A stretch of 64,000 nt of DNA, taken from assembly GCA_001643675.2 (NCBI GenBank), contig LSRY02000026.1:496001-560000 (forward strand), given 5' to 3'. This stretch comes from Monocercomonoides exilis PA203. Its lineage: Eukaryota; Protista; Preaxostyla. Of this stretch, positions 11,628 to 24,379 are shown in pieces. The notes beneath the pieces were generated by a model. The model did not search any database. It was not told the origin of the DNA and was given only the letters and a program-made list of their open reading frames with translations. Each line of letters begins with the position of its first letter. Position 1 is the stretch's first letter. A program made the position numbers and the translations under genes.

Positions 11628-12351
11628 GTGTAATAGGAAGTACTGGTCTCTGGAAGCCTCTCTCTAGCTTGGCTTCCTGCCTTGTTTCTTTGAGAATCAG
11701 TTCCTGTCTCTCTGTGAGAATTCCTGTAGAAGCGTCTGTGCTCATCGCTGTGGCAGCCCTGAAACCAAACCTGCCTTGAATTCGAACCGTTCGTGCCTCT
11801 TGAAGAGCCCTGGTAATCATTATCAAGATGTCAGCTAGCCTTTGTTTTGCACCTTCACTTGAAGTCGGTATCTCGGCTAAACCTATGAGCGCAGCTTTAA
11901 TCCCCTGGAAAAGAAAAATCTCCACCTTGTAACCCGCCTGATCTAATGCGTCGTTAATCCAGTTTTCTGTTCTCTTGGCAGTGGGCGGTTCAAGAGATTA
12001 CAACAGGCTAAAATCCTGTGTTGCATTCTCCTCAACAACATCTTGGACAGATATAGTGGAAATCCTTAGATCAAAAATTGAAATATTCGGCGTTTGTCCG
12101 AAAATGTCCTCAAACTCCTGACAAATAAGTTGGGATATGTCTAACACATCATCATTCTCCTTTCTGTCAGCTGAAGGGGTCAACTCCTGTGCTAAACCTT
12201 CCGATGAAGAAGGTGAAAAAATTGAAGAGGAAGAAAAGATGTTAGGTTGTGACAAGGTCCCTGGTTGGCTTTGCGCCCCACTGTGCTGCATTGCAGAATC
12301 AGCCGACGGCGTAAGTCCAACAATCGGAGGGAATTGCGAAGCAGACATCAT
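11437..12351 (-). pseudogene. DIRS gag-like ORF (in-frame TAA at 11998-12000)
   Basis: ORFs 11998..12351 and 11437..11925 share a frame with an open 24-codon link. ATG follows the left ITR; the Arg-rich C-terminus overlaps pol. Confidence 0.8.
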
Positions 12352-12362
12352 TGATCAAATGT

Positions 12363-12454
12363 GGCGACTGACCCATAGATTGTGGCGTCTCTCAAAAAGA
12401 GAAGGAATTGATGAAACACTTTCTTGATAATTAAGGTGCTTATGCACTTTAATT
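12363..12454. repeat. DIRS copy 1 left ITR (50-bp core plus 42-bp left extension with terminal hairpin)
   Basis: Matches the right ITR core and the ICR. Element-sense start AATTAA-A-GTGC-ATAA-GCAC-C-TTAATT is a hairpin. Confidence 0.9.
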
Positions 12455-13726
12455 GCTAAAGAATTCTGAAAAAAAGTGTCACACACTTTCAATTAATTGT
12501 CCATCAGATTCATGTTGTCATTGAAAAACAGAAAAGCACATTGAAGATTTCAATATTAACATTTGATTGATTTCTTGGGATTTGTGACAAATTATTGATT
12601 CGAATATTTTGATAGAAAAAATATAAAATCAAAAAGAATCACCCAATTAATGTCATATTCACCATTTACCATTCAAATTTGGTAAACTTATTATTCGAAA
12701 TTGGTTAACTTCTGATTCAAAATTATTATAATTGGGTGATTTTTTTTGATATCATAAAAAAAGATCAAAAATCGAAAATATAAAATCTATTGTGGTATTT
12801 AGTGATCAAAAAGTTTTTTAGATCTATTTCAAGTATTTAGCTTTTATTTCTGTAATATATGTATGTTTCATTATTATATTCTAAAAAACATACTTTTTTG
12901 ATGTTTTTGTGGAAAAGAATTTTTTTGATCAAGTTAAATAAAAATTAACCTAAAATAAATAAAGTTAAACCAACAAAACTCATCAAAAAGACAAAAAAAT
13001 ATTCTTAACTTGCTTTACAAAGCTAATAAAAGGGAAAAAATATTTAAATAACTTTAAAAGATGCAACAAATATGTGAATTTTTATTTTTCCGTTGATAAT
13101 GCAATGTGCTTTCCATTTATCTTGATGAAATCTCATCATTAAGTTCCTGCTCCAGCAGTTCAGCCCAACAGACTTAGTAAATATCGTTTCAAAAAATGAA
13201 GGAGTTACAATAATTAATGATAACAACTTTCATAAGCTCTTCTTTTTCTCTTAATTCTTCATATTACATTCCCATTCAGCTTCTTTCTTATCCTCCATTC
13301 ATTTTTCTTCAGTTTCTGCTCTCCTTCATCTTAATTCCTTATTTGAAAATGCAACTCATATGGTCTTCTTTTATCTCCAATGTTTTCCAAATGAATCTTT
13401 CATAACACTTCTTATAGCTTCTCAGACTTAAAAATAATTTGTTAATCTTTTTCTACGAATTCATTTCGTTCATTTTCTTTATCTTCTCTTCTCAGTCAGC
13501 TCCCTCTTCCTCAACCACACCTTCATCACCAGTGTCATCTTAAACAACCTCAGCATATTCTATCTCACCTCCCCCACAAACACCCTTTCACATAACTCCT
13601 TCAACAAGTCCAGTTGTTCCATGAGAAGTATCATCCTGACACACAGAAACCAGCAAACTCCCTCTGGAGATATGATTTCCTTGATGCAAAGATCAGCCGG
13701 TTCAGTATTATTGAAGAGGTGACCGA

Positions 13727-13940
13727 ATGAAAAAGAAGAAAAAGAAGAAGAAGAAGAAGAAGAAGAAGAAGAAGAAGAAGAAGAAGAAGATGTTGAAGAA
13801 GAAGAAGATGATGATGATGGAGAAGAGGAAGAAGGAGAAGACAATGGAGAAAGATTTGAATGTTTTTCTGATGATGATGATTCTGTTGAAGAAGAAGAAA
13901 AAGAATTTGAAGAAGAAGAATTAGAAAAAAGAGAAGAAGG
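13727..13940 (+). repeat. (GAA)n/(GAT)n acidic-codon tract within decayed coding-like sequence
   Basis: GAA/GAT runs reading poly-E/D. The surrounding 13.4-14.8 kb has coding-like composition but many stops. Confidence 0.75.
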
Positions 13941-14793
13941 AATTTTATAAGTTTCAATGTCTTCTTCTTCTCTTTCTTTTCCTTTTCCTTCTCTTTCTCT
14001 TTCTTCTTCTTCTTCTTCTTCTTAAAATATTATTCCCTTTGAATGTTTCACAAACATTTCTGAATAAGATTTGCCTGTGACAATGCGAATTGGAGAAGAA
14101 AGAGAAGAGGTCATTGAAGAAGAAGAAGAAGAAAGAAGGAGTTGCAAATGTTGAGGAGGCTGTGATGTATTGAGTGTGATATAGAAGGAGAAAATTTTCT
14201 GTTATTCATCTTCAATAACATCTCCTTTTATTTCTTTCCATTGCTGCCTGTGCAAGCCTTGAGTCGAAAGCGTCAAATTGAGATGTGCATAACCAGTCTT
14301 TCTCTCTCGTCTTCGTCTTCGCCTTTGGCTCTTCTTGCTGTCTCCATTTCCTCTGCGTCGCTCTCAATTTGCTTCTGAAATTTACCTTCTTTGCTTATTC
14401 CATTTGAACATGCAATTTTCTCTCTTCTTCCCTTGGAAGTGTAATAAACCGAGAAGATAATTGTGATGCGCTTAAAAGATCATATCTTCTTCTCAAACTT
14501 ATTCACACATTCATCACAACCGGGGTGTGGAAGCCGTATGAAGTGCTGAAGCAGAGTGGAACATGCTACTGTTGAAGAGGAAAACAGTTTTGATGAACAT
14601 CCAGCAATCCCACAGAAGGCATCGACAGCGATGATGTAGCTGTTGAGAGCAGGCAACCAAATGATAAAATTTTTCGATGATGCTATCAAGCTGCCCATTG
14701 AACAGTTAACACAAATTTGAATGTCGATGGCCTGATCCAATGCAAAATGAGGAAGATGATTGATGAAATGAAGGAAATAATGAAGAATATGAG

Positions 14794-15880
14794 TTAGAAG
14801 AAGGCAAAGAAGGTGAAGGTGAAGGTGAAGGTGAAGGTGAAGAAAAAGAAGAAGAAGAAGAAGAAGAAGAAGAAGAAGAAGAAGAAGAAGAAGAAGAAGA
14901 AAAAGAAGAAGAAGAAGAAGAAGAAGAAGAAGAAGAAGAAGAAGAAGAAAAAGAAGAAGAAGAAAAAGAAGAAGAAAAAGAAGAAGAAGAAAAAGAAGAA
15001 GAAGAAGAAGAAGAAGAAGAAGAAGAAGAAAAAGAAGAAGAAGAAGAAGAAAAAGAAGAAGAAGAAGAAGAAGAAGAAGAAGAAGAAGAAGAAAAAGAAG
15101 AAGAAGAAGAAGAAGAAGAAGAAAAAGAAGAAGAAGAAGAAGAAGAAAAAGAAGAAGAAGAAGAAGAAGAAGAAAAAGAAGAAGAAGAAGAAGAAGAAGA
15201 AGAAGAAGAAGAAGAAGAAGAAGAAAAAGAAGAAGAAGAAGAAGAAGAAGAAGAAGAAGAAGAAGAAGAAGAAAAAGAAGAAGAAGAAAAAGAAGAAGAA
15301 AAAGAAGAAGAAGAAGAAAAAGAAAAAGAAGAAGAAGAAGAAGAAGAAGAAAAAGAAGAAGAAGAAGAAGAAAAAGAAGAAGAAGAAGAAGAAGAAGAAG
15401 AAGAAGAAGAAGAAGAAAAAGAAAAAGAAGAAGAAGAAGAAGAAGAAGAAAAAGAAGAAGAAGAAGAAGAAAAAGAAGAAGAAGAAGAAGAAGAAGAAGA
15501 AGGCAAAGAAGGTGAAGGTGAAGGTGAAGGTGAAGGTGAAGAAAAAGAAGAAGAAGAAGAAGAAGAAGAAGAAAAAGAAGAAGAAGAAGAAGAAGAAGAA
15601 GAAGAAGAAGAAGAAGAAGAAGAAAAAGAAGAAGAAGAAGAAGAAGAAGAAGAAGAAGAAGAAGAAGAAGAAAAAGAAGAAGAAGAAAAAGAAGAAGAAA
15701 AAGAAGAAGAAGAAGAAAAAGAAGAAGAAGAAGAAGAAGAAGAAGAAGAAGAAGAAGAAGAAAAAGAAAAAGAAGAAGAAGAAGAAGAAGAAGAAAAAGA
15801 AGAAGAAGAAGAAGAAAAAGAAGAAGAAGAAGAAGAAGAAGAAAAAGAAAAAGAAGAAGAAGAAGAAGAAGAAGAAGGTG
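14794..15880 (+). repeat. About 1.09-kb interrupted (GAA)n tract (poly-Glu/Lys frame) with an internal higher-order duplication
   Basis: GAA triplets interrupted in phase by AAA. The block GGC AAA GAA (GGT GAA)n occurs at 14803 and 15502, 699 bp apart. Confidence 0.95.
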
Positions 15881-16099
15881 AAAAAATGATGTGACAGAGA
15901 AATGTGCAATCAGTCAACTATCATTCCTGAAATAGATGATGAGAACGTTTTGCGTGATGTTGTTGATTGGTCAAAATGCATCACTTGATGTATAAACTTC
16001 AGATTTGTTAGAAAGAAACAATCACAAAATGCGTGACGAATAGATTGTAGAAATCAACCTTTCTGTATTTCTTCAAAGTCATTTGCCCTCTTTCTGTGA

Positions 16100-19000
16100 T
16101 TTCCCCTCCTTTCCCCTCAGAAACAAAAAATGTTGATTTTTCTCAATTTCCTTCCTCTTCGATTTTTCCTCTTCCATTCAACCCACAAACTACTCAGAAA
16201 ATATTAATTCACTCCTTTTCTTCATCTTTCCAATTTTCTTTCATAAAACATTCTCTTCTCATGAAAAAATATCCATCTTCCAACTGAACGGTTCACATTT
16301 TCCTTCTTCTTTCCCACTTTTGCCCTCTTTTCCTTCTCTTATAAAAAAATGTTCTCCAGTCAACAATAAACACCTTCCTCATCATCCTCAACCACTTCTC
16401 CAAATATTTTCTACATTTTCCTCTACAAATCTCCACTTGCTCTTCCCCATCCCTTTGTCTCAGAATTTCTTTCATTCAAAAGCCTCTCTCGAAATATTAA
16501 CATTCCAAAAACCACTCAACTCCCACTCCCTGCCACAAAAATTAAACTTCCATCTCTTCTCTGCCCCATATCCCTCCTGTGCCTGGTGTTGATGAGATAG
16601 ACATCAAATATTGATTTGGGTGGTTGAGAATATTATTAAAAAAGATGATTATAACAAAAACAGAAAAAACACCTCTGGACATCCACCGCAATGTGTACAG
16701 GCTGAGAAGACCCTCCAGTGAGATACACGATGTATTTTGTGGAGAAGGATGCAATGCTGTATTTGACCATTCTGAGACTGAAATGAAGAGATTGAATTTT
16801 TGAATGATGATGGCTGTGGGAATGAAGCTGTTTGGCAAAATACACCTAAAGGACAGTTTGGTATTTATTTATTTTTCTTTATATGAACATTTATCTGTTG
16901 ATGTTTTTTGTGTTATTTTCAGGGCAGGAGGTGGAAATGAATGAAAATGAATGAAATGTTTATTTCTCACTATGCAGGGTGGCTTTCGAGTTGGGAGAGC
17001 GAAATCATATGGAAAGTGCCCAGGGTGAAGGGATTGAGAAGGGAATTAGAAAGATATTTACAGACGAAAAACAAGGATATTTTTCAATGATGAAAATGGA
17101 ATTTGAGTCAATACATGAATTTCACATTTTTTAGAAGGACCAGAAATCGATGCATTTACAGAAAAATGACATTTGGAAAGACTGCTTTGCGAACCAGATG
17201 ATGAAATACTTGAAAAAGGAAGGAATAATGAAATTGAATTGAAGAAAACAGGTGCCAACTGAATAAAATGTTGTTATTGACTTTAAAATGTTTAGAAGGT
17301 TTGCTGTTGCTTTTTTTAAAAATGATTGTTATTTTGTTTTAAGAATGATGAAAGAACGAAGGATTGGATGGCTTTGAAGAAGAAAAAGAAAAGCAGGAAA
17401 GGAAGAATAAAGACAGACAGATGAAATACAAGATAAATCGAAGATGGCTTGAATTGGGCTTTGATGATGAATAATTTTTGAGGAAAGATGATTTTTTGTG
17501 AAATAGGAGAAGCGAAAAAGGAAGAGACGGAATGAAAAAGAGATCGCTCAATATTTCACTTTTTTGTTGACGAGGGTTGATGATTGAGCTGAATGTTTGA
17601 TGGATTTGGAGGATCTTATTTGGCAGAAAAAGACACAAAAATGGAAGAAGATGAAGAAGTTGAATCATTTTTCATAGTCTTTAAAGGAGATGCGTCAAAT
17701 TTTGAAGGATTGTTCATTTGTTCTGCTGGAACCTTTTTTCTTTTCGTAACATCAAGAATTCTTGAGTCTCCAAAAGATGCACCTCCTTTTTCCTCGTTCT
17801 TATCTTCGTCCATTTTCTGTTTTTTCGATTTTTGTAATCGTTTCATAGAAGATCGCTGAATATTATTTCTCCATTAATGCTTTTTCTTTCTCTCTTTGCA
17901 GCAAGCATTTTTAAACGCATTCTGTGCCTTTGAAAGCAATTCCTCAAGAGAGGATTGAAAATTAAGTGAATTCGAAGAAGCAGATGAATTGGCTACAAGA
18001 GGTGCATAACTATTCAAAGAAGAGCGTGATGAAGACAATGGAATAACCTGATCGTTTGAAGAATGATTGAATTTAGTACTGGATAGTGGTTTTATCCACA
18101 TATGAGGAAATTCAACTGTTGAAAAGTATGCACAATTGGAACTTTGTGAAAGAGATGGAGCATAAGAAAGAGAAAATATATCTGGAGAACTCATTGATGA
18201 TGAAGTCAGAGTTGAAGAAGGAGAAAACGATGTATTCGATGAGAAAGAAGAAGAAAGGAAAGACGAGCCAAGTGGCGGGGATGGAATAATCGATGAATAA
18301 TTTGAAGAAGTTATAGAATTCTGAAACGTTGGAGATTGAACAGAAAACGAAGAGTTGGAATTCTTTGGAATAACACAACGAGAAATAACAGGAGACGAAT
18401 CTGACTTTGCCAGAAAACTTGCGAAAAAAGATGAATTGCAAATTCTGTTCTTTGCACCGTTTTCTTCTTCTCCTTGCTCTTTTTCTACTTCCTTTTTGCC
18501 GGTTGATCTATTTCGCTTGCTTTTTGTTATAAACATTTCCTTTCTCTCTCGCTCGGCTGTTTACTCTTGAACAATTATGTTCATTCCTTTTGAATGCTCT
18601 TCATCCACAACCCACAAATTATTCAGCATCCACCTCTTCTTCCTCCTCTTCCTCCTCTTCCTCTTCCCTTCTGTTTCAGACTCAAATCCTTCCTTGTTCT
18701 CCTTTGCAGCACCTCTCTCATATCATTCCACGCATCCTGGTCTGCATCTTCAAACACAAGCCATTCTTTTATCAGCTCGCCCAACCACATTTCTCTTTGC
18801 AGGCGCTGCATCTTCGGTGACAACATTGAAGCAGCTATCTTTTTCTTTGCGGTTGCTTGCTGTTGAGAGGGAACAGGATACACAGGAAACGAATGACTTG
18901 AACTGGAACGCGGAAGCAACGCATCTGAAATCAATGGCCTCTTTTGAATAACAGCAGATTCATTCACATTTTCAACAGGAAGATTTCCTGCTTGTTCTTT

Positions 19001-21340
19001 GGATGGAATCTCTTTTCTGTTTGTTTCTGTCTTTTGCACTTGTTCTTTCTCCTGGCTGACAGCATCCAAAGGATCAAAGGCGATATGCTCAGACGAAGAA
19101 ATGTGCAATTTGTTTGGAGTTGAAGGACTTTTCCCTCCTTCCAGTGCAAGTGGCCGAATAGCAGGAGGTGTTGAAGCAGAAGAAGCATAGGTAAAAACAG
19201 GAGATGAAGATGATGACGAAGAAGACGAAGAAGAAGAAGTTTGCTGAGTTGCAGATTTTTCATTTTCCTTCGTTCGAATAGGAATGGACTGAGGTTGAAT
19301 AGTGGGAGAAGAAGCACCCGAACTTAGTGAAGAGGTTGAAAGAGCTGGTGATTCTGAGTCGATTTTGTGATCCTATTTGAGATGAGCATCCAAAGTCTTC
19401 AGGGCCAACAGAAGAAACTGAGTTCTTTTTTCTGTTGTGAGAAATGAAGATGGGTGAAGCGAAGAGACAAAACTTTAGGGAGAGTGGAATGAAAGAGAAG
19501 GAGAAGATTGTTGTTGGATGTTCATAAACATGAACGAATTGACAAGCGAAGAAGTGCAGTTAGAGAGAGGACGCAGAGAAATATTTTCATTTGCAGCAAA
19601 ATTAGCAGCTGAATCAGTAGGTGCAAAAAAATTGAGGGCAGAATATTTCTGCATCAGATCCATCGCCATTGAATTCTGCGATGTGAAGAAAGATGCCAAC
19701 TTTGAGAACGACAGCGAAGAAAACAGTTTTGACATCACATCTTTTATTCCAGGCATGCTGCTCTGACTTAATGTTTTTATCCCATTCTCCTTCTGAAACA
19801 GTGGCATTGATCCTTTCCATGCTCCTTTCCTTCCCTTTCTGTGTGTCACTTCTGCTTCCTCTTTGTACGGCCACCAGCCCCGCCACTTCATCATTCTTCC
19901 TCTTCCCAGTTTCGCACGGCTTTGCTTTAGAACGCTCTTCAGCGCGCTCATCAGATCCAATCGCGTTCTTGTCTGCCTCGCGTCGACTGCTGCATACGCA
20001 GGCACCTTCTGCATCTTCCACACAAATTACCCATTTTCCTCGCTTTTGATTCGCACATAGCGGCAAGGCACATCCAGTTCATCGCTCAAATCATCAAAGT
20101 CAGAATTAGCTACATCATTCAGCATGCAGTCCAATTTCCGCTCTCTTGTCAAAATTGGCGTTTGGCTTTCTTTTTCCTCTTGTTACGCCTAGACAGTCAT
20201 TTTGTGCTCCTTCTGGTTGGTCTCAAGATGTTTTTATAGTATTCCTTGGATGCTGCTTAATAGATTCTTGTCTTTTTCTTCTTTCTCAATTTTCCTGCGC
20301 TCCCTCTCTTCTTTCTCATTTATCTTCTTCTGTATTTCCTGTTGTTTCATCAGGCGAAGCAGGTTTTCTGTCTGATCATCAGATTCCAATGAATTAAATG
20401 TGAACTTCGCCTCTTCATCGTCTGCTTTCCCTTTCTCATTCTGAAACTCATCTAGCATCGCTTTTGTAACTTCTTTGTTCAAATCCTTCATCCCCATCAC
20501 ACCCAACGAAACCCCTTCTCCTCCACCTCCAACAGCAGGTGACAGAGATATCGTTAGTGCACCTTTCACGCCAATCCCCACATACATCTCTTTGCTGTTC
20601 ACAATCAACTCCCTCCTTCCAACACCTCTCCATCCGCCTTCCATAAACTTCCCTCGTGTTTAGCGTATCGTTCCAAAGGTGCCTCTTTCTGAAGAGTATT
20701 GTTTAGGTTGTGGAGAAGGTGAAGGTGAAGGTGGGGAAGAGGGAGTTGTTGTTACGTTCTGTTGTTGTTTTTGTTGTGATTGTGATGAAAGTGACTCTGG
20801 TTTTGGCTCATTATAATTCGTTTCGCCTTTTTTGTTGTTTTGAATAGATTATTTTGCATTTGTTTTCTTATCCGATTCCGTTTGATTGTCTTTCATTTGA
20901 AGTGTTTCGATGCTTCTTTGAGCTTTGTTATTTTCATTTCCTTTTGTTTTTGTCGAAGAACTTTGTTTCGTTTCAGTATCATTTGCAACATCCTCGTAGC
21001 TCCTTCCTTTTTTCGCACATCGTTTTCTAAGCTATCAGTAGATTCGTCATCTGACAGAATTCCCCCAACATTCACCACATTCTCATAGCTCATCAGCTTC
21101 AGAATACTCTCATCATCTGCATTGTCCTCTTCATTCAGCCAGAAATTCCCTTAGCTTATGCCCCACCAGTCGCAGTCGTCTAACTCTTTCTCTCTTCTTC
21201 AGAACACTTTCATAATCTCCTGTATCTTTCTCCACTCCCTATTATTCTTCATCTTTCTTGCACTGTCAGAAGAACTTTTCCAAGATTTTATGTAATTCTT
21301 TTCTTAACTTTCCAATCATTCTCACGGTGCATTTGTTTTG
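16100..21340 (-). pseudogene. Long decayed gene of unknown function (Ser-rich and charged low-complexity segments); boundaries approximate
   Basis: Chain of minus-strand ORF pieces (20893..21093, 20234..20644, 19475..20023, 18623..19108, 17874..18536, 17616..17846), some continuing across stops, e.g. RIKSEENG*FVWKMQK. No domain recognised. Confidence 0.45.
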
Positions 21341-22351
21341 TAACATTTCACATTTCCGATACACTTTCTAATTAAAATATAATTTGATAATTTGATAATA
21401 ATTTCACAGAATGCATTCAAAGCAACAAAAATATTAATTTTTGAGTATTTTGCAAATTGATAATAAAAACAAACTTTGTCAAAAATGAACAAGAATTATC
21501 AAAGTCACATTGAATAGTATTTATGTTTGTTTCAGCAAAAATTGTATATGCGCCAAACAAAATAACCAGTTTCTAAGCAAATAGGTCAAAATTCTTGTAT
21601 TAATGAAAAATAACGACGATTTGTTCCAAACCTTTTATGCAGCTTTGTCATTATAAGTCAAATGTTCTCACATATTAAATGTATAGAATAACTGTAAAAT
21701 AATGAGAAAAATCTTCGAAGACAGTGCATGGGAAACAATTCATTTCACACAACACTTCATCCCAAATAAAAAATATGTTGAAAAACAAATTATTACCAAC
21801 TTTTTCCACTAACAGATTTTCAAAAAAAGCATCAGGCATGTTTATTATTGTTATTTATTCACATTGAGCAAAATAGATCATGGTATTCTTAATGGCGCCA
21901 TTAATAATAATTTGTATTTTTTATGATCAAAAATTTCAAAAATTTTCAAAATTTTTTTATTTTTGTTTCATTTAATTTGTGAATATTATTGCTTTATTAA
22001 TGCAAACAAGTCATCAAAAATTAATTTTGATTTTTTTATTGTTTAAATAAAGGTGAAAAATTGTTTTCTTATTTTTTATAAAATTTTCACTTCAAATGAG
22101 AAAAATATCTTTGAAAAATTAAACACTCAAAAATGTTTTGTTTATGAATGAAAATGTTTATTATTATAGTTCTATTCAATATATAACTGTTTAGATATCA
22201 ATATCTTCATTGTTGAGTTTCAACAACAGTTGATGAATATTCAGTGATAAGAAAAACATAAAAATAAATTCATTGCTAATTAGATAACAATCATAAAACA
22301 AAATAACACATAAATAACAATAGCACTTCATTATATTAATCATCTTAAATA

Positions 22352-24379
22352 GGGTCATCTTTTTATTGGCACTTTTTTCTTTATTGGCACCAAAATTTTT
22401 TGAAATGAAAAAAAGTCAAAAATACATCAAAAAAATACAAAACTCGAATCAATAACTCTTCTAACTTTTCTTTTTCCATTTTCTCGTTCAAAGGGGTCAA
22501 ATTCATCACTTGTATCATCGTCATCGTTCTTAATTTTTCTGAATTTCCTTTTCACTTTTTTCTCCAAAGGCAATTCTTCTTCTTCAATTTCCTTTTCTTT
22601 TTCTTCATTTTCTTCAATTTCCTTTTCTTTTTCTTCGATTTCTTCAATTTTCATCTTGTGCTTTTCATTATATTCATCCCATTCATCAAGAAGCTTTTCT
22701 TTTGTTATTTCTTTTCCGAAGAAGTCGAAACAATGTGAATGAGAAGGAATGAAGTATTGAGAAGACTGAGGAAGCTTCATTAGCACAGATCCAGATCCAT
22801 TGCTGAGGACTCCGCTGTTAATGAAGGCTTTTTTGATGACTGATGGGGTGAATGCTGTGTGAAGGGCTTGTGGTAATACATCTGCAACAGCTGTTCTTTT
22901 TGAAGATGAGGAGGTGGATGATGGGGAGCTGTAATTGTTTGAAAGCTCCGACTTCAATACTGCAAATACGCCTCTGTCCAGCGGTTGCAATATGTGTGTA
23001 GTGTGTGGAACGAAGGTGACGACATCAATTTCCGCTTCTTTGAACTGTCTCCATATAGTTGGATCTGCTCGTGATGAGTGCGAGTCAAGGAGAAGAAGTC
23101 AACGATGAGATTCTTTAAGAATTCGCTTTCTTCTGTCAATGATAGCTTGCAGCAGGAATGTTAAGGCGTATTTTTTGAATGCTGTTTTGTCCATCCAGCC
23201 GTTTGTGTTTGGCCAAATGTCAAGCGAAGGTGTTAACAGTGTTGTCAGCTCTTTTGTAACAGTTGAGCTCGGCCACAGCACGACAGACGGAAGCGAGAAG
23301 TCATCAGCAGCGATTCCAGCAACGAGAGTAGCATTCGGCATCCGTTCGGCAGTCTTTTTGAACCCAGCTTGTTCATCTGCAGGATGAACAACAACATCAC
23401 GTGCAGAAGTTGGAATGCGAAGGTAAGATTCATCGATATTGAAGATTAATTCCTTTGGATATTTATATTTATTATAATCGTGCAATGATTGTGATTTGGA
23501 GAACCACGACCGAAGGACTTTCTGACAAGATGCTGCTAGTCTGTTGATATCTACTTGTTTTGGCAGCGAGGACTTCAGTTCCGGATGTCTCTGTATGAAG
23601 GCGTAAACTGTCTTTAAAGTTACTGTCTTTTTTATTTTTTCTTCATCTTTTCTTTTTCTTCTTCACTATCGTTTATTATATTTTCCATCTAAATACAAAT
23701 AAATATACAATTCAAATGTCGATTGCAAACCAGATCGAACGCTTTTCATAAAGTGAGGTTTGTCCCAGATCGAGATTCTATTGCAACTTCTTCCAAGAAT
23801 TTCTTTTCTTTTTCGCCTCTAATAATTGGTGGGTGCCAAACTTTTTCTATCGACCTGCCGTTTTTTATAGCTTTCACAGCGTATTCCAAAGTATTTTTTG
23901 CTGATTCCGCCGTATTTGACTCCATCGACCAGCCTGACGATATTGTCATTGACAATGTGTGCAATCCTTTCCAATCTTGAACTATGTTTACTGTTATGGA
24001 ATGTAGACATTGCTTCCTTCACCCGCTTCTGCGCCGCTTCAGCTTTCTTTTTCACTAGTAATTTCATTTATATATTATGGGCAATGATTATTAATATATT
24101 TTTTAATTTATTAATTCTCATTAAAGAATTTTTAATTAATATTTTAATTTTTGAATGAATTAGAAATATTTACAAACCTTTGTGCAGTCCAATTTCTCAT
24201 GAAAGCTCAATGGAAGGACTTGAACTCCCCTCATTTCACTCATTGGAAATTGGATTTCTTTCTAAATTCAAATATAAGAACACTTGACAGTTGTACATAC
24301 ACCAAAAATATTTTTTAAAATATCGTTTGTGGGTCAGATTAATTTTTATTTAAAAAAAGTTCCAATAAAAAGATGACCC
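22352..24379 (-). mobile_element. pogo/Fot1-like (Tc1-mariner superfamily) DNA transposon, 2028 bp
   Basis: 27-bp TIRs GGGTCATCTTTTTATTGG(C/A)ACTTTTTT with one mismatch, at 22352 and ending at 24379. TA on both sides (22350-51, 24380-81). Internal DDE_1-type transposase. Confidence 0.93.
22427..24067 (-). pseudogene. pogo-like DD35D transposase (in-frame TGA at 23099-23101; N-terminus interrupted or spliced)
   Basis: IFNIDES ... NGWM ... R*LLLLDSHSSR ... PHTTHILQPLDRGVF, with 35 residues between the second and third Asp. Upstream VYAFIQRHPEL...RSWF resembles the CENP-B-type HTH end and linker. Confidence 0.88.

Larger units (their letters stand above)
7861..12454 (-). mobile_element. DIRS1-like tyrosine-recombinase retrotransposon, copy 1 (structurally complete, coding-defective)
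   Basis: Order gag, RT (YLDD), RNase H, adenine methyltransferase, with an overlapping YR frame. Asymmetric inverted terminal repeats plus ICR; AAT at both element ends; no target-site duplication beyond that trinucleotide. Confidence 0.95.

Noticed and set aside
7861-12454. Group II intron, retron, DGR or LTR retrotransposon as the identity of the RT
   Set aside because: RNase H, methyltransferase, YR, ITRs and ICR are diagnostic of DIRS. No template/variable repeat pair with A-specific mismatches, no DDE integrase and no LTRs were seen.
14706-15917. Poly-Ser, poly-Phe and poly-Lys ORFs of 358-403 aa
   Set aside because: Alternative frames of the GAA tract.
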